Position numbers and translations under genes: made by a program. The notes beneath the pieces were generated by a model. It saw nothing but the letters and a program-made list of their open reading frames with translations, was not told the origin of the DNA and ran no database searches. Source: a virus. Taken from it: DNA of 32,000 nt. Positions 1 to 8,100 of the stretch are shown piece after piece. Numbering within the stretch: the stretch's first letter is position 1; each line of letters opens with the position of its first letter. The stretch covers positions 97,338-129,337 of IMG/VR virus record IMGVR_UViG_3300045988_161588; one strand, written 5' to 3'.

Positions 1-2
1 CG

Positions 3-65
3 TATGGTGGAAGAGTAGATGTTCTTGAATATTTACAAGGAAAAAGAAAAAAGTTGGAGGAATAG
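3..65 (+). CDS. 3' end of a truncated hypothetical ORF (...YGGRVDVLEYLQGKRKKLEE*)
   Basis: Open frame from the window edge to TAG at 63-65, followed by the next ORF. Confidence 0.5.
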   Translation, partial: YGGRVDVLEYLQGKRKKLEE

Positions 66-69
66 ATAA

Positions 70-186
70 ATGGACGACATAGATATTGTTATAGAGATTG
101 ATGGATATACCATTAATGTAAATACAGATATGATTGAAGAAGATGTAATTCGGCAGCGAATGGGATTGAAACCAAAAGAAGTGTAA
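70..186 (+). CDS. Small hypothetical protein (38 aa)
   Basis: ATG at 70, coding-like sequence MDDIDIVIEIDGYTINVNTDMIEEDVIRQRMGLKPKEV, ending just before a terminator hairpin. Confidence 0.5.
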   Translation: MDDIDIVIEIDGYTINVNTDMIEEDVIRQRMGLKPKEV

Positions 187-188
187 GT

Positions 189-219
189 AAGCGATCAGAT
201 TAGGTTCTGGTCGCTTTTT
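189..219 (+). terminator. Intrinsic terminator
   Basis: AAGCGATCAGA / TCTGGTCGCTT stem (one G-U) followed by a T run. Confidence 0.75.
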
Positions 220-324
220 GTAAAAGTTGGATTTTACAAGAGAAATTTACTGACAATACAAGATAAATGTGGTATGATTTAAGAAATTAATTGTACGTGA
301 AATAATTGAAATGGAGGAAAGAAA

Positions 325-1083
325 ATGGCACATTATGGAAATGATGATCGGTTTGATCATATCTTTTTTTACGATTCTGATGATTTCTTGAGTAGTAATA
401 AGAAAATATTAGCATCTCAACTAGAACAATTTGCAGAAATGTTTGAAAAAGGTAGAAAAAGAGAGTTTGGATATTCAAAATTTATGCTTATTTATGGTTG
501 TACAACAGATGACTATGAGAGGGACATTTTTAATTATGAATGCTTAGAGTTTAAAGGTGTCATGACAAATGAAGAGAAAGAGTTTTTTAAGGAACTTTTA
601 TTTGTAAAAAATGCACAACCATACATAGATGCAGGTTATCTTGTATACGATGGAAAAAAGACTAAACCACCTATACATGCATATGCTCCATCAACAACAG
701 ATGATTATTGGTTCCCAACTGAAAAATGTAAAATTGATTACGAAAAATATGTAGAGGAAAAGAAGCAGAAAAAATACAATGAAGCTTTGAGAAAAGCAGC
801 GATAGAAGCAGGTGTATTATCAACTGATGGAACAGGTAAACCAGCAGAATTTTGTAATTCAGATTGTTATAATAATATTCCTTTTTTCACAGCCGATCAG
901 ATTAAAATAGGATTAGGATTACTTGTTGTATCCGGAATACTTCTTATTACAATATTTGCACCTTTTATTGTATTAATTTGGGTTTGGTATCTTTGTGACG
1001 TTTATAAAGATTATAAACAAAGGCAATTTGCAGCAGAGCGATATTATAGAGCCACACATGGACTTCCATATAATAAAAAATAA
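325..1083 (+). CDS. Hypothetical protein with hydrophobic C-terminal segment(s)
   Basis: 252-aa ORF with upstream ggagg; IGLGLLVVSGILLITIFAPFIVLIWVWYLC near the C-terminus. Confidence 0.8.
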   Translation: MAHYGNDDRFDHIFFYDSDDFLSSNKKILASQLEQFAEMFEKGRKREFGYSKFMLIYGCTTDDYERDIFNYECLEFKGVMTNEEKEFFKELLFVKNAQPYIDAGYLVYDGKKTKPPIHAYAPSTTDDYWFPTEKCKIDYEKYVEEKKQKKYNEALRKAAIEAGVLSTDGTGKPAEFCNSDCYNNIPFFTADQIKIGLGLLVVSGILLITIFAPFIVLIWVWYLCDVYKDYKQRQFAAERYYRATHGLPYNKK

Positions 1084-1095
1084 TATTTACAATAG

Positions 1096-1125
1096 AAACA
1101 GCTTACATAAATGTAGGCTGTTTTT
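1096..1125 (+). terminator. Intrinsic terminator
   Basis: AAACAGCTTACA-taaa-TGTAGGCTGTTT plus TT directly after the 325-1083 gene. Confidence 0.75.
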
Positions 1126-1155
1126 GTATTTAAGAAAACCGGAGGTATAAGCGAA

Positions 1156-1464
1156 ATGAAGAATATAAGATTATTACAGGCTGCCAATTCAGAATGCACA
1201 AATAAAGCTTTCATCATAAGAATGTGTGAATGTGTAAAGGATAGATTACTGGAACTACAAATGCGTACAACATTTCGTCCTACAAGTGTTAATGAAGAAA
1301 CGCTTAGTGAATGGGAAGAAGTTGCTGATGTAGCAAATGATATTATGAAAAAATATAAGGAGGATGAAATTGATGATGAATTAGAAGATATGATTGTAGA
1401 TATGAAAGAAAAAATATTGGATTATCATATGAATTATCAGGGAATAAGCAAATTGGTAATATAA
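1156..1464 (+). CDS. Hypothetical protein
   Basis: 102-aa ORF following the terminator. Confidence 0.7.
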   Translation: MKNIRLLQAANSECTNKAFIIRMCECVKDRLLELQMRTTFRPTSVNEETLSEWEEVADVANDIMKKYKEDEIDDELEDMIVDMKEKILDYHMNYQGISKLVI

Positions 1465-1470
1465 AGTGAG

Positions 1471-2502
1471 GTGATAAAGATGACAGGTAGAATGGAGATA
1501 GAAGTCAAATATACAAACAATATAGATCGGCTCCTAAAAAATGAGCCAGAATATATGGATCTGTTTAATGTGTTTATGATCGCAGATGATAAAACGGTAA
1601 AGACAAGATTAAACTACATTAACAATGTAGTAAGGTTTATACATTATCTAAAAGATTCTGGATATCCAACGGAAACTATAGATGATATTGGAAAATTAAA
1701 TGTAGAAACTATAAGAAAATATATTGTAGACGATGATAATCGTGTAATTATAGATAATGGAAGAATTTCTGATTCTTATAAGTACATTAGATATTTTTCT
1801 TTAAATTGCTTTTTTAAGTTTTTGGAAGATGGGGATCATATTAATAAAAATCCAATGAGAAAAATTAAAACTCCAAGCAATAAAAGAATGAAGAAAAAAG
1901 TATATTTGGATGTTAATGAAGTAAGGGAAATTGAGAAAAATGTGTCTTCTGGAAATACTAAAAGAAGCAAATCATATCTTTCTCAGTGGCATGAGAGAGA
2001 TGAGGCTATAATTAATCTTGGATTCCATAAGGCACTACGAGTTTCTGCGATAATCTCAATTAATCTTGAAGATATTAACTGGGAAGGTAAATCTTTAAGT
2101 GTTATTGAAAAAGGAAATGACCCACGGCATATTCATCTCAGTGACGGTACAATCAAAATACTTCAGTGTTGGGTCCAGAAGCGAAATGAATATACTAAAG
2201 TAAATGGAGTGGAAAGTCCTGCATTATTTATTTCAAACAAATCTGGCAGAATTTCACAAAAAACAGTTGGAAGGATATTAAGATCATATGCCGGTGACAT
2301 CAATAAAGAAAAAAGAATTGTACCACATACAATGCGAAGCTCTACCGGCACGAATTATTATTTAAAAACCGGAAATGCTAGAGCTGTGCAACAGTTACTT
2401 GGACAAAAGAGTTTAGCAGCAACACAGAAATATTTGGATGATACAGTTCAGCAGAGAAGAGAAATTACTGATGCAGTAGAAGATTTATATGGGGATGATT
2501 AA
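1471..2502 (+). CDS. Tyrosine recombinase / phage integrase family protein
   Basis: 343 aa. SAM-like N-terminal core-binding region, then ALRVSAIISI (catalytic R region), PHTMRSSTGTNYY (HxxR) and LLGQKSLAATQKYLDD (C-terminal box with Tyr; Q where H is common). Confidence 0.9.
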   Translation: MIKMTGRMEIEVKYTNNIDRLLKNEPEYMDLFNVFMIADDKTVKTRLNYINNVVRFIHYLKDSGYPTETIDDIGKLNVETIRKYIVDDDNRVIIDNGRISDSYKYIRYFSLNCFFKFLEDGDHINKNPMRKIKTPSNKRMKKKVYLDVNEVREIEKNVSSGNTKRSKSYLSQWHERDEAIINLGFHKALRVSAIISINLEDINWEGKSLSVIEKGNDPRHIHLSDGTIKILQCWVQKRNEYTKVNGVESPALFISNKSGRISQKTVGRILRSYAGDINKEKRIVPHTMRSSTGTNYYLKTGNARAVQQLLGQKSLAATQKYLDDTVQQRREITDAVEDLYGDD

Positions 2503-2721
2503 ATGAATAAAAGTTTAGATGATATATTAAGAAATAAGGGAGACTTGAAGCCACGCCAGGTTGAGAAGATATTTAATGCAAATGGATGGTACATAGTCAG
2601 AACAAATAATCATAATATATATAAGAAGGAAGGCAGATCGGAGCTGGTAATAGCTCCGATTGGTAATATGAATTGGAAAACATTTCGTGATACTTGCAAG
2701 AGATGCGGTATGGCAATGTAA
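2503..2721 (+). CDS. Small protein with weak HicA-like resemblance
   Basis: 72 aa; IFNANGWYIVRTNNHNIYKKEGRSELVIAPIG... resembles the ngW..vR..gSHhiy pattern of HicA. No HicB partner recognised. Confidence 0.4.
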   Translation: MNKSLDDILRNKGDLKPRQVEKIFNANGWYIVRTNNHNIYKKEGRSELVIAPIGNMNWKTFRDTCKRCGMAM

Positions 2722-2795
2722 TGTAATTTATGGTATGATTAAAATAATTTAAATTTGTAAAATTGCAAAATCAACGTTTTAAGGAAGGTGTTTAA

Positions 2796-3157
2796 ATGAA
2801 TTACGAACAGTACGATAGATATGTTTTTACGCAAAAAATCTCGATAAGTATTTAGAAGAATTCAACAAAGATATAGAACGGCAGAAACAGGAAATTATAG
2901 AATTCGAAAAACGTGCAAAAGAAAGAATCAATTTAATTGATAACTGGGAACAACAGAAGAATTTTATAATATTAGGAAGTGCATACAAAAATGGAAAGAC
3001 AAAGGTGATATTTTTAATAAAAAGATATCCGGATCAATCACAGAGAGACGAAAGATATGAGTTCAATAAAATTGCTGACATGAGAAAGAAAATGATAGAA
3101 CTTGAAGAGAAATATTCAGATTCCGATTGGTCAAATTTTGTAAGGGAGATTGAATGA
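2796..3157 (+). pseudogene. Hypothetical coding region interrupted by a -1 frameshift at an A6 run
   Basis: ATG 2796 (MNYEQYDRYVFTQK...) stops soon after A6 (2833-2838). The -1 frame continues NLDKYLEEFNKDIERQKQEIIEFEKRAKERINLIDN... to TGA 3155-3157, overlapping the next ATG. Confidence 0.6.
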
Positions 3158-3387
3158 AAAAAATAGAATTGTCAGATGTGCAAAAATTATATAATGGAAC
3201 AAAAGTGTATGTTGAATGTGTTGGAGCAGAATGGTATTTTTCAGATAAGGAAAAATATAAAACGTGGAATGTAAAACAAGAAGATGGACTTCATTATGAA
3301 ATCGAAACTAAAGACAACACTATAAGCTTTCCATATGATTTTGACTATAATGGATATAATATGGAAATTGCCTGTTATATTGAATAA
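3154..3387 (+). CDS. Hypothetical protein
   Basis: 77-aa ORF, ATGA overlap with the preceding frame. Confidence 0.7.
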   Translation: MKKIELSDVQKLYNGTKVYVECVGAEWYFSDKEKYKTWNVKQEDGLHYEIETKDNTISFPYDFDYNGYNMEIACYIE

Positions 3388-3419
3388 ATATAAAATTTAA
3401 CTTTTACAGAGGTAGAAAT

Positions 3420-4025
3420 ATGGAATCGGAATTATTAAAATTGAAAAATAATTATGAATTTTGGGATTTGTTTTTTAAATTAGATAATAACGAAGAGATT
3501 TCTTTTAATGATTTAGAATATTTGATTTGGTCGATTATAAAACTGAAGTATGAAAATTTAAATAATGATGAAAAAATTGAACTAAAAAAAAGTATTGTAG
3601 AAAACAGAATGATACATTGTATTCAAAAATTCGAGCAATATTTTAATAAAAATTATATTAACGGTCTTATAAAAGAAAGTAAATATAGAGAGTGGTTTAA
3701 GTTAGAAGGAAGCCATATTATTGATTCATATTATTTTATTGATCCTGTTAATAGATATTTGAAAAAAATATTATTTGAACAGTTATTTGAGCATACAGAA
3801 GTAAGCGATGGTGGAAATAAAGATTTTTCAGAAATAGGTATAGATGACTTTGGTACTAGATTTTGTGTTAATTATGGCGTGTCTGAAGATAAAATAAGTT
3901 TAGCACAAGATTATGTTTATGAATATATGGAAAATGTAAAAGAAAATATAAAGAAAACAAATATTGCTGGCAAATTAATTAATGCAAATGAAAATCAAAA
4001 GTATATACAAGATAGTATTTTATAA
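3420..4025 (+). CDS. Hypothetical protein
   Basis: 201-aa ORF preceded by aggtag. Confidence 0.75.
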   Translation: MESELLKLKNNYEFWDLFFKLDNNEEISFNDLEYLIWSIIKLKYENLNNDEKIELKKSIVENRMIHCIQKFEQYFNKNYINGLIKESKYREWFKLEGSHIIDSYYFIDPVNRYLKKILFEQLFEHTEVSDGGNKDFSEIGIDDFGTRFCVNYGVSEDKISLAQDYVYEYMENVKENIKKTNIAGKLINANENQKYIQDSIL

Positions 4026-4043
4026 CTTCTATGGAGGTAGAAA

Positions 4044-4295
4044 ATGTATTTAAAGTCAAATAGGGCTGGTGTCGTTGTAGAACGAATTGGAAGCAAAAGA
4101 CAGCACAAATATAAACTTACAGAAAAGTCAATCACAATGGTTTCTGCAGGAACATTGGTTATACCGGTACATTTTCTTAGCGACAACTTTCAATTGTATA
4201 ACCAAAATTGTAATGAGTTAATACAGCCAGAAGGGAACTTTTGGATTACTGCTGAGACCATTGATCCGTATCATGTGGTAATTGATATGTTTTAA
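4044..4295 (+). CDS. Hypothetical protein
   Basis: 83-aa ORF with ggagg upstream. Confidence 0.65.
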   Translation: MYLKSNRAGVVVERIGSKRQHKYKLTEKSITMVSAGTLVIPVHFLSDNFQLYNQNCNELIQPEGNFWITAETIDPYHVVIDMF

Positions 4296-4306
4296 GGAGA
4301 TATAAA

Positions 4307-4486
4307 ATGATAGACGAATATGGAAGAATCAATACAAAATCTCAAGCTATAAGGGAATTTAAAACAGAGCAAATGGCTTATCTATTAAATGACATAAATA
4401 TAAATCCAGAGAAATATCCAAGTAATTATGAAGATTGGCTTAAATGGCTAGATGAAGTTAGTGGAGACTCTGTGGAAAAATTATAA
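4307..4486 (+). CDS. Hypothetical protein (59 aa)
   Basis: ATG preceded by aaggaga: MIDEYGRINTKSQAIREFKTEQMAYLLNDININPEKYPSNYEDWLKWLDEVSGDSVEKL*. Below the length cut-off of the supplied ORF track. Confidence 0.65.
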   Translation: MIDEYGRINTKSQAIREFKTEQMAYLLNDININPEKYPSNYEDWLKWLDEVSGDSVEKL

Positions 4487-4517
4487 TATAAAATGACGAT
4501 TTGAAGGGAGATATAAG

Positions 4518-4742
4518 ATGGCAAGATTAAAATGGAACATAGTTCACGAGTGTGACGATGACAACGGAAATCCAACTCAATGGGCTGCTGAAATAAATCA
4601 TCCGGATTATGGAAGATTCGTTTGGATCGACGATGAAGGTGAGAAGTTTGGAGTATACAGTGGAAAGAACTGTAATACAAAATTGGCGGAATGTAAATCT
4701 CTTGCAAGTGCGAAGAGATGGGTTGCGACATATATATTTTGA
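4518..4742 (+). CDS. Hypothetical protein
   Basis: 74-aa ORF with ggga RBS. Confidence 0.65.
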   Translation: MARLKWNIVHECDDDNGNPTQWAAEINHPDYGRFVWIDDEGEKFGVYSGKNCNTKLAECKSLASAKRWVATYIF

Positions 4743-4755
4743 ACGGAGGCGACAT

Positions 4756-5019
4756 ATGAGAACATTATATGATGAATACACATCTGGCATATTAGCAGAA
4801 TATGCATATTGCATTCAGTTAGGGCATGATATGCATATTGGAGACACATATCCTATTGGTAAAATTTGGAATGGCGTTGGAAACATTTCTGAAATTTTAA
4901 GAAACCGAAAAATTTCAGTAGAAGATGAGGACGGAGAAATATATACATTGTTTTTTAGAATTATCAAGAAAAAATCGCAAATATTAAGAACTACGGTAGA
5001 AATTATTGATGCAGATTGA
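4756..5019 (+). CDS. Hypothetical protein (87 aa)
   Basis: ATG 4756 after ggaggc (MRTLYDEYTSGILAEYAYC...). The longer start in the track (4609) overlaps the previous gene out of frame. Confidence 0.6.
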   Translation: MRTLYDEYTSGILAEYAYCIQLGHDMHIGDTYPIGKIWNGVGNISEILRNRKISVEDEDGEIYTLFFRIIKKKSQILRTTVEIIDAD

Positions 5020-5055
5020 TTAATAAAACAGATATTTAATCGGAGGTATTAGTTC

Positions 5056-5652
5056 GTGAAAGCAGAATACTTAGAACAGCTGATGACTATATACGATAAA
5101 TGCATAGTTGAAAAGAACAAGTTAACCGAGAAAGATAAAGAAAATATTTTATTAGCAGTCGTTGATGGGCTTTTGCCGGCAGAAGATAAATATGAAATTT
5201 ATCTTTTTAAAATGAAATGTGAAGCTCACAAAGTATTTAATGAATTTCATAAGTGGTGCATGAGTGGAAAACCTGTCAGAACATTTGAGGAATATGAAAA
5301 TTTTTATAAAAATACACTAAATAATATATTTGTTTATCAAGTGTATGAAATAATATATGATGTGTTTCATCCTATTGTAATAAAAAAGAATTTTACATAT
5401 TTGGATAAACATAATAATAATGTGATTTTCAATGATGAATTTATAATGGCTGCCCTTAAAAGTGAATTATATAAAAAAATGGTATTTAAAGAACAGGTAG
5501 AAACCATAGATTGGGAACGTAAATACTCACCAGATGAAAGTAAATTTAGGTTTGCAACGTTAGTGTCTTATAATGAATATGGCGACCCATTTATATATAA
5601 TGAACCTGAATATCACCTGTATTCTGATAAAAAAGACAGAATACTATTTTAA
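5056..5652 (+). CDS. Hypothetical protein
   Basis: 198-aa ORF, GTG start. Confidence 0.7.
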   Translation: MKAEYLEQLMTIYDKCIVEKNKLTEKDKENILLAVVDGLLPAEDKYEIYLFKMKCEAHKVFNEFHKWCMSGKPVRTFEEYENFYKNTLNNIFVYQVYEIIYDVFHPIVIKKNFTYLDKHNNNVIFNDEFIMAALKSELYKKMVFKEQVETIDWERKYSPDESKFRFATLVSYNEYGDPFIYNEPEYHLYSDKKDRILF

Positions 5653-5673
5653 CAGAGCAAAGGAGATAACGCT

Positions 5674-5919
5674 ATGGAAGAGCCACCAATAAGGCAAACA
5701 AAATATGAATATGAATATGGACTTTGCAAGCGAATGCATTATAGAGGACTATGGTTGGTTCAGTATGACGGTTATCCTGGTGAAATGAAGAAGACAAAAA
5801 TGGCTTGTTCTTGTGTACAAGATGGTTGTGATAAGGATTGTGCAGTAATGGAAACGGCAGATGAAGTAATTCCAATTGATTGGGAATGGCACATGCTGGA
5901 TAAACCACCGATTGGATGA
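5674..5919 (+). CDS. Hypothetical Cys-rich small protein
   Basis: 81 aa, CSCVQDGCDKDC motif, aaggaga upstream. Confidence 0.6.
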   Translation: MEEPPIRQTKYEYEYGLCKRMHYRGLWLVQYDGYPGEMKKTKMACSCVQDGCDKDCAVMETADEVIPIDWEWHMLDKPPIG

Positions 5920-5942
5920 GACTTGATAAAGGAGAGGAAATT

Positions 5943-6242
5943 ATGAGTTACTATAATACAATTAGGTTGTTAAAAGGAACGGCATTCCTTACGACAAGGG
6001 AATATAAAAATTTTGAGCCTGGTGATACAATATGGGGAAATGATTCTGATGCAGAAGAGATTTCTCGATGGAATGAAGATGAGAAAGAAAAGGCTTTAGA
6101 TGCATTGAAAAAATACAAATGCAGTTATCAAGAATCGAATGGAATGTATGATATTGAAGAATATGCATTAGAGTATTTTGATTCAGATGAAGATGGAGAG
6201 TTTGTTGCAGGATCTGATTATGATATTGCAGAAACAGAATGA
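5943..6242 (+). CDS. Hypothetical acidic protein
   Basis: ATG 5943 with ggagag upstream; 99 aa. Confidence 0.65.
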   Translation: MSYYNTIRLLKGTAFLTTREYKNFEPGDTIWGNDSDAEEISRWNEDEKEKALDALKKYKCSYQESNGMYDIEEYALEYFDSDEDGEFVAGSDYDIAETE

Positions 6243-6261
6243 AAATATAATGATTATACTT

Positions 6262-6290
6262 AGACATCACATTATGTGGTGTCTTTTTTA
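6262..6290 (+). terminator. Intrinsic terminator
   Basis: AGACATCACA-tta-TGTGGTGTCT followed by TTTTT. Confidence 0.85.
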
Positions 6291-6318
6291 TACTAAAAAC
6301 GAAAGGAAGTGAGAAGTA

Positions 6319-6759
6319 GTGGACGAATACAAACAGTTTGATATTGTTTACGCTGATCTTTCTAGTAAAGGAACCATAGGATCTGAGCAGAAAGGTATAC
6401 GACCTGTGATAATCATTCAAAATGATACCGGCAACATTCACAGTCCAACTGTTCTTGTAATGGCGCTTACAAAGGAACTTAAGAAAGCAAATCAGCCAAC
6501 CCATTACATAATTAGGAAGAATAATGCGAATGGGTTGAAATTTGATTCGATGGTATTAGGGGAGACTATTACACAGATCTCAAAGCAGCGTATTAAACAG
6601 AAAATTGGTGTAGTAGATAATACCGCAGATAAAGATGGAATTATTGGAACATATATGGCTAATCTTACTGGAAAAAGTAGATATGGAAATCCATTATGGA
6701 CCAAGATTACACAGCTTTTCTGTAAATTGGTTAAGGAGGGGCAAATATGTGCGAATTGA
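6319..6759 (+). CDS. MazF/PemK-like endoribonuclease toxin family protein
   Basis: 146 aa; FDIVYADLSSKGTIGSEQKGIRPVIIIQNDTGN...SPTVLVMALT is the characteristic PemK/MazF N-terminal pattern, with QKIGVVD further on. GTG start. Confidence 0.85.
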   Translation: MDEYKQFDIVYADLSSKGTIGSEQKGIRPVIIIQNDTGNIHSPTVLVMALTKELKKANQPTHYIIRKNNANGLKFDSMVLGETITQISKQRIKQKIGVVDNTADKDGIIGTYMANLTGKSRYGNPLWTKITQLFCKLVKEGQICAN

Positions 6760-7007
6760 ATAAGGTGGAGGCAATGGAACTTATAAAAGGGATTGTAGGA
6801 AGTAAAGTTTGTGCAATGTACTATAACAAGAAGAAAGGTATATCTTCAAAATCTAAGAAAATTGGCAAGAGGAGGGTGGAGAAAAATATTCAGAATGCAA
6901 AGACTATTACTTATAGCGGTTCTGAATATATCAGGAAGATAGAGCTTCATGGAATCAAAGGGAAATTCAAATTTTCTCCATGCAGCTCTATTGTTATTCT
7001 GTTCTGA
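6747..7007 (+). CDS. Hypothetical basic protein
   Basis: 86-aa ORF overlapping the end of the toxin gene. Confidence 0.5.
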   Translation: MCELNKVEAMELIKGIVGSKVCAMYYNKKKGISSKSKKIGKRRVEKNIQNAKTITYSGSEYIRKIELHGIKGKFKFSPCSSIVILF

Positions 7008-7017
7008 TCGAAAAAAA

Positions 7018-7033
7018 TCGAACAAAAGTTCGA
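7018..7033. promoter_or_regulatory. LexA/SOS-box-like operator 1
   Basis: Perfect palindrome TCGAAC-AAAA-GTTCGA, matching the Gram-positive SOS box CGAACNNNNGTTCG. Confidence 0.7.
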
Positions 7034-7050
7034 AAATGTTAAATTATACC

Positions 7051-7079
7051 TTTTTATTGGTACGATAAAGTGGTATAAT
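7051..7079 (+). promoter_or_regulatory. Promoter with extended -10
   Basis: TTTTTA (weak -35), 17-bp spacer, TGGTATAAT (TATAAT at 7074-7079 with TGn). Confidence 0.65.
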
Positions 7080-7091
7080 CAAATACATAAA

Positions 7092-7105
7092 AGAACAAAT
7101 GTTCT
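7092..7105. promoter_or_regulatory. LexA/SOS-box-like operator 2
   Basis: Palindrome AGAAC-AAAT-GTTCT (GAACNNNNGTTC) just downstream of the -10. Confidence 0.65.
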
Positions 7106-7378
7106 GATTTTTAATCGACATTGATCTTATAAAGAAAAATGCCCTACCAGCAGAAAGTTTGGCGACCGTCGGCTGATAGGACAGGGTTTTCTGTACCCAC
7201 GGATGGATACATACATATTATGTAGCAATTCAATGGAAATGTCAATATTTTCCAATTCTAATCTCTTGCCATTCTGTAAGAGAAATTCCGTGAGTATAAC
7301 TGTATATTAAATATGCTATTTGCTAAAAATGGAATTGTTATCTTTTTAAGAATAATTTCATTCTCTTTTTAGAAGCAA
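7106..7378 (+). ncRNA. Candidate structured 5' leader or small RNA
   Basis: ~270 nt without a convincing ORF behind the promoter. CCTA-c-CAGC (7144-7152) can pair with GCTG-a-TAGG further downstream. Confidence 0.35.
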
Positions 7379-7420
7379 ATGGTGTATTTAGTATACGAAA
7401 ATTTAAAATATAAAGGGAGA

Positions 7421-8098
7421 ATGAAAATTATGGGATCAGAGAAATGGAGCAAGAATGAGAAACTTACAGAAGATGAGGTAAATAACATAGTTGACTTTTT
7501 CTACAAAGACAAGAGAAAGGAACTTAAAAAAATTTGCAACCAGATACTTCATATAATTTGGAATGATATTCCAGATTATTACAGAGATGATTTTGAATCT
7601 TTGGCAGGATATATTATTACATTTTGCTTAGAATCTTATGATCCAACTACTGGTCCATTTAGAGCGTATGTATATCCATATATGCAAAAGAAATTTATCA
7701 GTTATATTTATGGAATTAATTCTCTTAAACGTGGTGGTGATGGAAATTGGGATTCTGAAAAACGTGATGAAAATGGTAAGAAAATTAAGAAAAGCGTGAA
7801 AGTAAAATTTGTCAATATAGATGACAAGGTAAAGGAAGATTCAGACTCTACATATGCAGATATTATCAAAGGTGGTAAATCTGTTGAAGAAATTATTTTT
7901 GAGGATAAAAAAGATTCAAAACTAGAAGCATGTATTAACAAGCTTAATAAAACACAAAAGAAAATAGTTTCTCTGATGATTGATGGCTACAAGCCGAACG
8001 AGATTCAAGAGGAATTGCAACTTACTAACAAACAGTACTTTGATTATGTAACCGACATGAGAACTTCAGAATTTAGATTAGCATTGGAGGAAGACTAA
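7421..8098 (+). CDS. RNA polymerase sigma-factor-like protein
   Basis: ESYDPTTGPFRAYVYPYMQKKFISYIYG resembles sigma region 2; the C-terminal NKLNKTQKKIVSLMIDGYKPNEIQEELQLTNKQYFDYV resembles region 4 HTH. Start moved from 7379 to ATG 7421 after gggaga. Confidence 0.6.
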   Translation: MKIMGSEKWSKNEKLTEDEVNNIVDFFYKDKRKELKKICNQILHIIWNDIPDYYRDDFESLAGYIITFCLESYDPTTGPFRAYVYPYMQKKFISYIYGINSLKRGGDGNWDSEKRDENGKKIKKSVKVKFVNIDDKVKEDSDSTYADIIKGGKSVEEIIFEDKKDSKLEACINKLNKTQKKIVSLMIDGYKPNEIQEELQLTNKQYFDYVTDMRTSEFRLALEED

Positions 8099-8100
8099 TT

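Noticed and set aside
4609-4755. Upstream part of the 4609-5019 ORF
   Set aside because: It overlaps the 4518-4742 gene in another frame. The internal ATG 4756 has a strong RBS.
7141-7200. Known riboswitch or hammerhead ribozyme
   Set aside because: CTGATAGG superficially resembles the hammerhead CUGAUGA core but lacks the correct core and GAAA context. No riboswitch consensus was recognised.
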